Shown in pieces: positions 36,201-55,250 of a stretch of DNA of 64,000 nt. Source of the stretch: Macrostomum lignano. Its lineage: Eukaryota. The notes beneath the pieces are model-generated. The model did no database searches and was not told the DNA's origin. It was given only the letters and a program-made list of their open reading frames with translations. Each line of letters starts with the position of its first letter. The stretch's first letter is position 1. The stretch lies in NCBI GenBank assembly GCA_002269645.1, contig NIVC01000422.1, positions 434,001 to 498,000 on the forward strand, read 5' to 3'. A program made the translations under genes and the position numbers.

Positions 36201-39200
36201 TTTGCATAATGCATTGGGTTTTTTTAATCTGGATTTTAAATTCCTTTTACTGTTTTATAGCAGTGTCTGTGTACTTTTGTGTTGAAAATAGGTTAATTTA
36301 ATACAAATAAAAATTGATTACACCTGCGATGGCCAGATGTCCAACTGACAGCTCAGCCGCAGCTATTGCGCGGCGCATCTGAAGGTTGCGTACGGCTGTT
36401 CAGTCCAAGGACTGTGGGGTCGCCACACACACCCTCAATTACGAGTTAAGTGTCTTGCTCAAGGACACAAATTGTTCCAAGTGGGTCGAGAATCGAACCC
36501 ACGACCTTTCAGTCGTGAATCCGACGCTCTAACCACTAGGCTATAACCCTTTAGTAGTTTTAAGATGTAAATTTGTACTTTTGTATTAAAAGTACATGTG
36601 TACTTCAGTCTTTTAAGTGCATATGCACTTTTGTATTGAAAGTTAGATTATGCACTTCTTGTTTAAATAACATGTGCACTTTTGTGGGCAAGTACACGTA
36701 ATTATCTTATTTTTATTTTAAAAAACCTCACCCAGGCTTCGCCAAACCGAGTCGGCTCTATCCGAGCATCGAATCGAGGCTGCGCGCCACCGCGCCGAAT
36801 CCGAACGATTGCGCGCCGAGAATGCGCGTTTAGAAGAGCGCGCCGAAGCTTTAGACGCGCGGTTAAACTCTGCGCGCGAAGACGCCGAACGGCATCGAGA
36901 AACTAGCCGGCGAGATCTGGACGCCGTTAAACAGGAGCGCGACAAGGCCCAGGCGCTGCTGGAAGAATTGAACCGCGAATTGGACAGCTGGCGCTCTGGC
37001 GGTGGCGCCGGCGACGCCGGCGCCGCTGGCGGCACTCGCGAACGTACAGCCTCGGCGGCGGAGATGTTCAATCGGTATCGCGAAGTTGAACTGCTGGCGA
37101 AACGGTTAACACAGGAGAATAAGAATCTTCGAGAACAGTTGGAAGAGGCTCAGGCCGAACTGCTCACGAGGGGACTCGAAGAGGGCCAGGCACTGCTCAG
37201 GCGGCACGGTGGCACTACCAGCCTAGCCGCAGAGCTAGAGACCATGACTAAAGATGAGGTAAGAGGCTACTACGTTGCAATTTCAGTTTTTTTAAGTTGC
37301 CTAAAACGGCCCTTTTAAGGGCTACTGTGCTATAATTTGTTCCTAAACAAGGAATGCAAATAGATCTTTGTGCTAATTATTTTTTTTCACTTGCTAGTTA
37401 CTGTGAATGCTAACAAGTTAACCCGGGCCGATATTAGCAAAGAGTCTCAATCGTTTTCTGGATAAAAAAATAAAAAGCGGTCCTTTTAGAAGCCGTCATG
37501 CTTACATTTGCTTGCAAAATAAAGACACCAGTTATAACTTTCTAGTTATAACAAGAAAGCTAACATTTGCTAGCTTTTATTTTTTGTAAAAGTTTAAGAC
37601 GGATTTATGTTTGTGCAAAATGAGTTTTTAGAGAGTTGTGAAACGTCCCTTTTAAGGGCTAAAACTCTTTACAGCTAGTTGTAGAGGGCTACAACTCTAA
37701 AGTTAGATTTTTAGTTATGTTGTCCTTCGTTTAGTGTTGATTAGTTGTATTTGGAACTAAAGGTTTCTTTTATGTTTTCTTTTGTTTCGCTCAAATGTTA
37801 AAACGGCCCTTTCAAGGCCAAAATAACTTAAATGATGTATATATATTTAAATCGGCAACAGGATGAGGCCAGTGAGGCCAGTGGCAGTGAACAGCCAACC
37901 AGCACCAGATATGATCCAATTTGGCTGACGATGTCTGATACTCAAGTAAGAATTGGCTGAGCCAGTCTAAGCAAAATTAAAGCCAGATTGCATTTCTTTT
38001 TCAATAAGTGTGCAAAATTTTCGATCAGTCTACTTGAAGTAGTTTTGCAGCACGTTTTCCTTATTATTTGAAAAGCAATATCGATTTTAAAGGAAAATTC
38101 TGTAAAAGTGGAAAAATTGTCTTTAAAAGAATTCTTTTATATTCTAATTTTCCTACTTGACTAAGTAGGAGTGCAAGCATATTTCCATCAATAACTGATT
38201 CACGCATGCGTTTCGCTGTGATTTGCGGGGCTTAACTGAATTATTAATTGAATGCAGCTGGCATAATAATGGGTACATTTATTCACACATGCACTGGTTA
38301 TTCAAAAATTATAGTGATCAACTTTCCTTGCAACTTGAAGCTTATTTTTGGAGTGGCACTACTTTCCTTTGAAGCATTGTTTCACTTGAAAGCAAATGTG
38401 CGCTGTATTCTGTGGCTGTGGGGATTGACCACTATTGCATTGATAGAATTTTATTGTTTTTTAATGGGCTGCAGTGTCAGAAAATTTACTTTTAAGTCAG
38501 AAATTGGACTGTAGTGTCAGCAAATGGACTGTAGTGTCAGGAACTGGACTGTAGTGTCAGAAAATGGACTGTAGTGTCAGGAAACTATTTGTAGTGTCAG
38601 GAAACGATTTTTAGTGTCAGAAAACCGACTGTAGTGTCAGGAAACTATTTGTAGTGTCAGGAAGTTGTCTGTAGTGTCAGGAAATAGTCTGTAGTGTCCG
38701 GAAACGATTTGTAGTGTCAGGAAGTTAGTTGTCTGTAGTGTCAGGAAACCGACTGAAGTGTCAGAAAACGATTTGTAGTGTCAGGAAATTGTCTGTAGTG
38801 TCAGGAAATAGACTGTAGTGTCAAAAATAGCCTGTTATGTCAGGAAATAGTCTGCGATGTCAGGAAATAGACTGTAGTGTCAGGAAACTATTTGTAGTGT
38901 CAGGAAGTTGTCTGTAGTGTCAGGAAATAGACTTTAGTGTCAGAAAATAGCCTGTTATGTCAGGAAATAGTCTAAAATGTCAGGAAATAGACTGTAGTGT
39001 CAGGAAATAGACTATAGTGTCAGAAAATAGCCTGTAATGTCAGGAAATCTGCTGTAGTGTCAGGAAATAGACAATTAAGCAGAAATCTGTCAGAATTTAG
39101 AAATTGCACTGGTGCAATGCGAATGAAGTATTGAATATGCATACATTTTTTACTGCAACAGAAGTACCCGCTGTACTTTGTTTTAACGATATCCTGAACT

Positions 39201-39385
39201 TCGAACTCTGAAATTTGCTTCAGTCAGTGTCAATTCATAGTTTTTCTTTTTCACCCTAACAGCTGATGGATCTGTTAGTCAGAGAGAAGGACGGCAACGA
39301 GAAGTTGAGGAACTACATTGACCGGATCCTGTTGAGAATAATGGAGAAGCAGCCCGACCTGCTGGAGGTCGGCATGTTGGCGTAA
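21297..39385 (+). CDS. RAB11FIP3/4: Class II Rab11 family-interacting protein (FIP3/FIP4/Nuf-like); core exons 21297-21449, 22725-22824, 22999-23108, 23188-23276, 27827-27994, 28419-28469, 34580-34754, 35163-35386, 36736-37258, 39263-39385 (571 aa core)
   Basis: N-terminal EF-hand pair (IFHVLDEDDAGYITVEKF; LDPQSDGKIYLNDF), acidic EESYEDWG, long coiled coil (KLMEENQLLRERL), and the C-terminal Rab11-binding motif AELETMTKDE/LMDLL...LRNYIDRILLRIMEKQPDLLEV. All junctions are GT-AG with consistent phases. Confidence 0.92.
23305..24330. repeat. 39-nt minisatellite (GGGTAGATTGTTTGTTGTCCTGCAGTTCTAGTAGGGATT)n in a FIP intron
   Basis: About 26 tandem units starting about 30 nt after the 23276 donor. 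Confidence 0.96.
25545..26255. repeat. 28-nt minisatellite (TTCACAGCCTCCCTCAACCCCACCACAT)n
   Basis: Tandem units; they explain the 28-aa periodic ORF 25416-26150. Confidence 0.95.
27100..27615. repeat. 18-nt minisatellite (GGGATTCCCCTTCGATAA-like)n
   Basis: Tandem units with a near-palindromic GGGATTCCC core. Confidence 0.93.
28640..28717 (+). CDS. Candidate FIP cassette exon, 78 nt, phase 2-2
   Basis: ctaaag|...|gtaaga; open in the FIP frame (RPDNIKLNVPSRSPSLRSPHPSNSRR). Confidence 0.6.
29170..29690. repeat. Purine-rich (GA) degenerate minisatellite
   Basis: GGAGAGAAGAGGGGAGGGAGAGAAGAGATC-like units. Confidence 0.93.
30358..31475. repeat. Purine-rich (GA) degenerate minisatellite
   Basis: About 1.1 kb almost free of C, built from GAGAAGAGAAGAGGG and GAGAAGAGAGGAGG units. 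Confidence 0.93.
31795..31824 (+). CDS. Candidate FIP micro-exon, 30 nt, phase 2-2
   Basis: ttttactttcag|TTCTCGCAGCGGTGCTTTGCTATTGAATGG|gtaaga; in frame (SRSGALLLNG). Confidence 0.6.
32533..33893 (-). repeat. 16-nt array (ATCACAAACCCGAAAT)n with a TAGCAACGCCC head; same family as 4849-5455, inverted
   Basis: Its reverse complement begins GGGCGTTGCTA and runs into GATATTTCGGGTTT(A/G)T units. Confidence 0.92.
34778..35150. repeat. About 23-nt minisatellite (CCTCTGATTCCCCTGTGAATTGC)n filling almost a whole 408-nt FIP intron
   Basis: The array spans nearly all of intron 34755-35162. Confidence 0.93.
35480..35805. repeat. 84-nt tandem repeat made of two related subunits of about 41 and 43 nt
   Basis: About 3.5-4 units; they produce the 28-aa periodic ORF 35548-35805. 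Confidence 0.9.
35914..35943 (+). CDS. Candidate FIP micro-exon, 30 nt, phase 2-2
   Basis: ttttgtcttgtag|AACTCGAGAATGCGAAGAGTATTATTGCAG|gttaga; in frame (KTRECEEYYCR) within the coiled coil. Confidence 0.55.
36318..36550 (-). mobile_element. tRNA-derived SINE
   Basis: The minus strand has an A box TAGCCTAGTGG and a B box GGTTCGATTC in a tRNA-shaped head (36483-36549), followed by TGTGTCCTTGAGCAAGACACTTAAC, which resembles the start of the CORE/MIR-type central domain. The tRNA stems do not pair properly. Confidence 0.75.
37303..37325 (+). other. Histone-mRNA-type 3' stem-loop motif inside a FIP intron (further copies at 37641-37661 and 37800-37820)
   Basis: AAAAC-GGCCCT-TTTA-AGGGCT-AC; 23 of 25 nt are identical to the stem-loop region of the H2B gene in this window. 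Confidence 0.7.
37862..37945 (+). CDS. Candidate FIP cassette exon, 84 nt, phase 0-0
   Basis: ggcaacag|GATGAG...ACTCAA|gtaaga; in frame (DEASEASGSEQPTSTRYDPIWLTMSDTQ). Confidence 0.55.
38508..39072. repeat. 20-nt minisatellite (GTAGTGTCAGGAAATAGACT)n in the last FIP intron
   Basis: Tandem degenerate units. Confidence 0.92.
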
Positions 39386-41384
39386 TTATGATCGATAAAT
39401 CAATTAATGAATCTTCATCATGTGAATCTTTGTTTTGCCGCCAATTTAAACTAATACCTTCGTGCAAAATTTGTAACATAAACTAAGAGTTAACTCATGA
39501 CGATATTTTACTACTGTTCAGTAGGATTAAAGCGTAACTGTGTTAAGAAAAATTGTTGTAAAGAAATTTAGCATACCCCTTTTTTGCAATAAAATCCAAT
39601 TGGCTGTGTTTTTAATGTCTGTTTTGATAAAGTTTTTTATAAAAAAATATCTCAGCAGGTTTTCAATCGGGTCAAATTCCCGATATGTATCGTAGAAAAC
39701 TATATAAACCTTGTTTAGGGCCGCTTATCAAAATTGTTTTTTCGAAACATATCGGCGTTGAGAAATTTGTAATATGATTAAAATTACTTGTTACTATAGT
39801 TATATTATCGGAATTTTTGAGTCCAGAAATGTTTGTTCCACGTTTCCATCTACATTATCAATAAAGAATTTTTTCACGTCCTTATCAGAAGTAATAAAGC
39901 TTTATTTGTTAAAGCATATTTCTTGCTTAATCGCATAGCTAATTAAAGCCTATCGATATCTAAGATGCTTTATACATCTCACTTGAGCACATTTGAACAA
40001 TTTGTGTATAAATAGTAAGTATGATTGGATTTTTAAATAATCACTCTATCGTAATAATAAATACAGCAAATATCGAATAATGCTTTGAAAAGTTTTTGAC
40101 CTTAATCGTTTAATTTATTATTTAATCCGCAATGTTTGCCAATTCTCTTACATTCCAAGCAAAATTTTGAGCGGTTTTTAAAACGTTTTTTGAACCATTT
40201 TTATAGATTCACTCTTTTCTAGCCGCGTAAAATTGATTTGTACATAAAAATTTACATGCTACTGTTTTTAATAAGTAGAGCATCGAGCGTTTTTTGCCTA
40301 TTTTATTTTTAACGCTTATATCATTGTACTAAACAAGATTTGCACTGTGTGCTCCTGCTGTCTAATTCTATTGCGCTGTTTTCTTTGAAAATCGAATCAA
40401 GTTCGCGCCAATTCAAATCTTCGCCCCAACCACTTTCATCCCAGTTGTGGCTGTAGGTCCTCTTTGAGTCAGCCACCAGGTCACTGTGTAAGTTCATTTT
40501 GCTTTCTTTGTCCCACGCAGGCTGTTATTCGAGTTGAAAGGTCAGTTTTTATAAGAGTTATTAAAAACTAGCTTAAATAACTTCGTGTGTTTAAAATGGC
40601 TGTGCCTTTGCTGTTGTGTTCGGTATGCCACATTTTGCGCTTGTGCTATAAGTATTGTAATTTTCATCGCAATTTTTTTGGGGAAATTTTATAACGAATT
40701 ACAACTAATTTTACTACCGTCTGCTATCATACTACTGTCTGCCGATAATTAGCACTGTAAGGTTATTTTAGGAATTTTATATTTGACCTGATCATCTTGG
40801 CACTAGTTTTCCAACAAAGGGTTAAAATTTTAATTGTCAGGCATTATAATAAGACTGTTTGCAATGCACGGCAGTGTTTTTATTTGTTGAATATACAAGT
40901 AAAGAGTACTAGAATTTATTACAGAAATGAGTCTAAATCAAGATAATTCGAGACTTTGTAACTTTGTGCCTTCTACGAGCCGTGAATAGATTATGTAGTT
41001 GTATTTTGATAGTTATAGAATAAATTCAAGATTTGTATATAAAAGCCAACCTCTGGCAGGCTACATGCTATGCTGTTGAAATTAGCATTAGACTAGCAAT
41101 CGCCAATCACCACTTGGGATCCTACAAAGATTTTTTTAATTTTTAAATAAACAACACGTTGTCTTCTGGCCTCTTATCAATTCCGCCAGTCATTCCCTCA
41201 TTCCCGCATCATCTCATGAGTAAGCCCTGACATCTCAGCGATTCCTCCGTAAGCCTGGACATCTCAGCAATGCCCCCCGTAAGCCTTGACATCTAGCAAC
41301 GCCCCCCGTAAGCCTTGACATCTAAGCAACCCCCCGTGGAATTTGCTATCTCAGCGATTCCACGGTTGAACGGGAGTACGAGAT

Positions 41385-42330
41385 TTGCTAGCAGGAAATC
41401 TGCTAGCCGAAGTTTGCTAGCGAGAAATTTGCTTGCCGAAGCTTGCTAGCAGGAATTTTGCTAGCGAGGATTTAGCTAGCCGAAATCTGCTAGCGAGAAT
41501 CCAACCAAAACCGGCAAGCAGCAATTTGGCTAGCCGAACTCAGGAAGTTGTAATTAGCTAGAGACAATTTGCTTGTCCAGTTTCGCAAGAATTTCACTAA
41601 ATCCTCTATAGCGTCGCTCCACTTTTACCAATCCTCTTCAAATCCAATTTTCAACAATTTTGACACAATCGTGTGTAAAGTTTCGAGTCTCGAAGTTAAT
41701 TCTGAACGGCACTGTGTACTTTTAAAGTTAGTCTGCTTTTCGTCAGCGAGACAGCCACCCTAATCTCCGCCTCTCTCTCCTTCCTGACCACTGGACAGAT
41801 GTGTGAAGGGGGTTTTAAAATTAACTAACTTTCAGCTGCCATAAGTTTGCTCCACGTACAGCGATTGACTTCAAACTTGATAAAATTCTTCATTGACTCA
41901 TTCTCTGTCAAAATGTAAAGTTTCAACTTTGTACCTCAGTTAGAACAGAAACTGTAGGCATGTGAAGTTTGTCTGCTTTTTCTGTTGTTTGTGCTACTCA
42001 CTCACTCATTCCCCCAGACCAAGGATCAGGTGATAGGGCTCAATGTACATAGCAAATGTACAGTGTTCTGGAATAACTTTTAATAGCCTTCTCTGCTAAC
42101 ATTTAGCCATGACAGTTCAGTAAGGAATTCAACTACTGTCCTAACTACAAGCTATCTGATTGCGACTTGAGAGTATTGTCCCCCACAATGACAAACTGAC
42201 TTTCTAAACACTTGAACTGATGCTGATGCTTTTAGTTATAAAATATTTGGGATTTTTACCCACTTCTCTGGATTTTTTTAGGTTAAACAATACAAAATCC
42301 TCGCTAGCAAAATTCCTGCTAGCAAATTTC
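41385..42330. mobile_element. Possible foldback or TIR element: TGCTAGC-rich repeats with a perfect 30-bp inverted repeat
   Basis: 41444-41473 (TGCTAGCAGGAATTTTGCTAGCGAGGATTT) is the exact reverse complement of 42295-42324. Confidence 0.5.
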
Positions 42331-42440
42331 ATAGACCCTATCTATCAGCGTGTTACGGCTACTAAGAATAAGATGACAAGAATTAGAAATAGTATGGAAG
42401 TAAAGTAAGTGCCGAACGAATGTAAAAGCATCGTTTAAAT

Positions 42441-42466
42441 GTGGTGGCCCTGAAAAGGGCCGTTTT
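42441..42466 (-). terminator. Histone mRNA 3' stem-loop (SLBP site) of H2B
   Basis: The minus strand reads AAAAC-GGCCCT-TTTC-AGGGCC-ACCAC, the canonical metazoan histone stem-loop, about 80 nt after the stop. Confidence 0.93.
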
Positions 42467-42545
42467 AGCGTTCTTTAGAATTAGCTTTATCGTAACTTCC
42501 TAGCGGCCGGAGAATAGACTCCACTCCGCAGAATCAAGGACCCTC

Positions 42546-42911
42546 CTACTTGGCACTGGTGTACTTGGTGACGGCCTTGGTGCCCTCGCTGACGGCGTGC
42601 TTGGCCAGCTCACCAGGCAGGAGCAGGCGAACGGCAGTCTGGATCTCCCGGCTGCTGATGGTGCTGCGCTTGTTGTAGTGGGCCAGTCGGCTAGCCTCGC
42701 CGGCGATGCGCTCGAACACGTCATTGACGAAGCTGTTCATGATCATCATGGCCTTGCTGGAGATGCCGGTGTCGGGGTGCACCTGACGGAGCACCTTGTA
42801 GATGTAGATAGCGTAGGACTCCTTCCTCCTGCGCTTCCTCTTCTTGTCAGTCTTGGGAGCCTTGGCCTTGCTGGCCTTCTTGGCGGCCTTTCCACTGACT
42901 TTCGGCGGCAT
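42546..42911 (-). CDS. H2B: Histone H2B, 121 aa, intronless
   Basis: [12 protein letters not shown]...[93 protein letters not shown]. The true start is the ATG at 42911, not the longer ORF start at 43067. Confidence 0.99.
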   Translation of the reverse strand: MPPKVSGKAAKKASKAKAPKTDKKRKRRRKESYAIYIYKVLRQVHPDTGISSKAMMIMNSFVNDVFERIAGEASRLAHYNKRSTISSREIQTAVRLLLPGELAKHAVSEGTKAVTKYTSAK

Positions 42912-42990
42912 GCTTGTGAGTTTGACTTCGAAGGTATTCGAATAATTTCGGAGAACGAAGTTGTGTTGACTTGTGTTCGAGAAAAGCGTG

Positions 42991-43068
42991 TATATATTAT
43001 GCGTCAGTCCGTTTCTGAACCGCAAAAATCTGCTAAATCGATATTTTAGTGAAACCCTGACAGCCAAT
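42991..43068 (-). promoter_or_regulatory. H2B promoter: TATA-like and CCAAT boxes
   Basis: TATATA at 42991-42996 (80 nt upstream of the ATG) and CCAAT at 43064-43068. Confidence 0.55.
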
Positions 43069-43951
43069 CAGCTACGAGCTCTGCAATGGGCAAACAAATC
43101 TAAACTGCGCGAATCGTTTCACTCTACTATCAGCGGTACATAGAGAATATTTTTTTTCTAAATCTTATAAACATTCAAAATTGAAGACGGCGTCAAACTG
43201 ATTCTGAATCTCGTAGAAACTGGAAGTTTATTTACTTTTTTAGTTGTGTATGTAGAATTTACTTTTTGTCTTACACGATATGTATCGAAAGCTTACTTTG
43301 TAGGACAGTTTCTGATTATTGTGATTTGTTTTTATTAATCAAATAACTAAAACTAAAGATTCGCTGTAATAAATTGGGTTTAGGCTTCATTGCAGCGCGA
43401 TACGCAAAACTATAGTTATTCACATTTTAGGCTTGAAAATCTTTATTAAATAAGATAGTAAGATAGATAGATAGCACTCAACAATAGTAATTTAAACACA
43501 GTTACAAATATGTGGCATCGGAGGGTAAGAAAGTATACTGTATAGCAACAAGTTTACAAATGCAACAGGAAATTTTAGTGGCAAAAGCGGGGCAGCAGGC
43601 TATACAGATAATTTTTGCCACGCAAAGTACAAGTACGAGCACGTAGATAGACCAATTTGCGAATAATTTTTTACTGAATTGATGAAATCCGTAAAATATG
43701 CCGACTACATTCGTTTAATGCTACTTTGACTGATTTTAAGTAACATAAATCGTTTTTCTGAAGAAATGAAAACAGAAAAAACAAAATCTAATTTTTTTAT
43801 GCTGAGGCGCGTAAATAAGGACAGTTTTTTGCTTTACTTTGACTAAGCAGAAAAAGCAATTTATAAAGGAGAGCAATAAATAGCATAGCAGAAGAAATAG
43901 CAAAACCAACGGTATTCTTCGCTTAATCTCAAGCAAAATTAGAATCAGTTT

Positions 43952-53350
<9,399 letters not shown>

Positions 53351-53382
53351 TGTTAATTACCATAATAAAGTTAACCACTCAC

Positions 53383-53460
53383 CTGCTGCTGATCGCACAG
53401 TAGCATCTCACTATTAGTCACGTGACTTGTCGAATAATTCGAATCCGATTGCCAATCTGG
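53383..53460 (-). other. Inferred non-coding first exon of NR4A containing the palindromic E-box AGTCACGTGACT (53416-53427); 5' end unknown
   Basis: A perfect donor CAG|gtgagt at 53383 is matched to the acceptor aaactcag| at 51340, 33 nt before the ATG. Confidence 0.5.
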
Positions 53461-53929
53461 GCAGAAAAACTCCGAAGTCGCTTCAAACGGAGCCGCTGAT
53501 TGAGTCCGATTGAGTCCTGGCTGATCTGTCGATGTATAAAAATAGGATCAGTGCTCAGTGCCAGAGGCCAGAGGTGTTTGAAACACTTATATTCACAGAT
53601 TAAACTTCATTCTCCCAGTGATTCCCATCGGGGATTGGTGGGAGGGATGTCAGGTCTGATTGGGGGAGGCGGATAGGCCAGAAAGCCCTACTAGGTATTT
53701 AATTTATTGATTCTACCTGAAAAACTGTTACTAAGAACTCGATCGACTGTTGATGAATATTTTTTCTTAGAAATTTCAGCTTATAGTTTAGTTTTGCCCG
53801 ATGTTTTTCTTCTACAGTGTGTTTTCCATTCCAGATACCAGATACATGGCTACTTTAGAAGTCCTTGATTCCTTCGGCTGGCACGGATGGCTCCACGAAC
53901 GGACAAGGTTGCAAGGGGGGGAACAGAAT

Positions 53930-54030
53930 AGTTTAGCAAAGATTCGGGATGTAAGTGCAGCCGATGCCTGACTAATGCGGTGGTAGATCGCGTCCATGGA
54001 CGCCTAATAGATACCTGGATTGGAAGGCTC
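53930..54030 (-). mobile_element. Possible decayed non-LTR retrotransposon RT fragment
   Basis: DAIYHRISQASAAL resembles the RTE-type RT C-terminal D.EI..RI.KAS.AF motif; short and disrupted. Confidence 0.3.
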
Positions 54031-54368
54031 GGCTTTGTCAGCACGCAAAATTAAACTAACTTGAACTGAAAGTGAATATTAAAAAAAATAGTTTAGGACT
54101 TTTTCAGTTAACATTCGGGAAATGTACTCGGAGATTTTTAATATTTGCTATAATCAAGGAAATTATAATGAATTTATACAAATTTCGACAAACATATGGC
54201 AGAAAGATAAGCATATTATAAGAACAAAAATCCTACTAGGAGTTGGGATTACCTGGTCCAAGTTCCTGTATTCAGAGGTCCACCAGTCTAAACCCAGCAT
54301 CCCAGCATCTCTGCCCCATCAGTAAGTCCTTCCTGCATCAACAAGCGTGGCTCTCGGATCTCTCTCGG

Positions 54369-54370
<2 letters not shown>

Positions 54371-54423
<53 letters not shown>
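54371..54423. repeat. (CT)n microsatellite
   Basis: Pure dinucleotide run. Confidence 0.95.
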
Positions 54424-54426
<3 letters not shown>

Positions 54427-54739
54427 GTTTCTGGCTCGCGCAGTGGCAGACTTATAGAGGAGTGAGGGGGGCGTTCGGGAAGTAGTGGGACTTATGCGCT
54501 TCTAAGTTCGTTTATATTCACCCTCGCGCGGTGCGTGCAAATGGGCTTAAAGGCAGGCAGTCAGTTGTGTATGTTCGTGATGCAGTCTATTTTTCCTGTG
54601 TATGGATGATAGCTATTCCTAAGCTTTCCAGTTGTATTCGAGTTCGAAGACTGCTATGGATTAAAAAATTACCAATTAAATCAAGTGTTGCGTGTGCAGT
54701 CTCTGTGTATTCAAATGTGTATTGCCTAGTATAAGATGT

Positions 54740-55250
54740 GCGCCTTGCCTCGTCTGTGGCGCTAAATTTGCGCTAAATTGGGGCTAAACTTTCCTGGCTG
54801 TGGCGCTAAATTTGCGCTAAATTGGCGCTAAATTGGCGCTAAACTTTCCTGGCTGTGGCGCTAAATTGGCGCTAAACTCTTTTGCCTGTGGCGCTAAATT
54901 GACGCTAAATTGGCGCTAAACTTTCCTGGCAGTGGCGCTAAATTGGCGCTAAACTCTTTTGCCTGTGGCGCTAAATTGACGCTAAATTGGCGCTAAACTT
55001 TCCTGGCAGTGGCGCTAAATTGGCGCTAAACTCTTTTGCCTGTGGCGCTAAATTGACGCTAAATTGGGGCTAAACTTTCCTGGCAGTGGCGCTAAATTGG
55101 CGCTAAACTCTTTTGCCTGTGGCACTAAATTTGCGCTAAATTGGCGCTAAACTTTCCTGGCTGTGGCGCTAAATTGGCGCTAAACTCTTTTGCCTGTGGC
55201 GCTAAATTGACGCTAAATTGGCGCTAGACTCTGCTATCTGTGGCGCTAAA
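54740..55250. repeat. GGCGCTAAA(TT)-based composite array with a higher-order unit of about 77 nt
   Basis: 11-nt GGCGCTAAATT units alternate with GGCGCTAAACTTTCCTGGCAGT and GGCGCTAAACTCTTTTGCCTGT. Confidence 0.92.

Noticed and set aside
36483-36549. Functional tRNA-Val(CAC) gene
   Set aside because: A and B boxes are present, but the acceptor, anticodon and T stems pair poorly and a SINE-type body follows.
36809-37318. Stand-alone 169-aa coiled-coil gene
   Set aside because: It is an internal Rab11-FIP exon (36736-37258) plus intron read-through; only the read-through stop within the stem-loop is kept as a finding.
40537-40544. NBRE (AAAGGTCA), a possible NR4A autoregulatory site
   Set aside because: About two such 8-mers are expected by chance in 64 kb on both strands.
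42546-43067. N-terminally extended 173-aa H2B and the antisense ORF 42597-43049
   Set aside because: The extension starts at a non-ATG codon and crosses the TATA/CCAAT promoter; the antisense ORF is a by-product of GC-rich histone codons.
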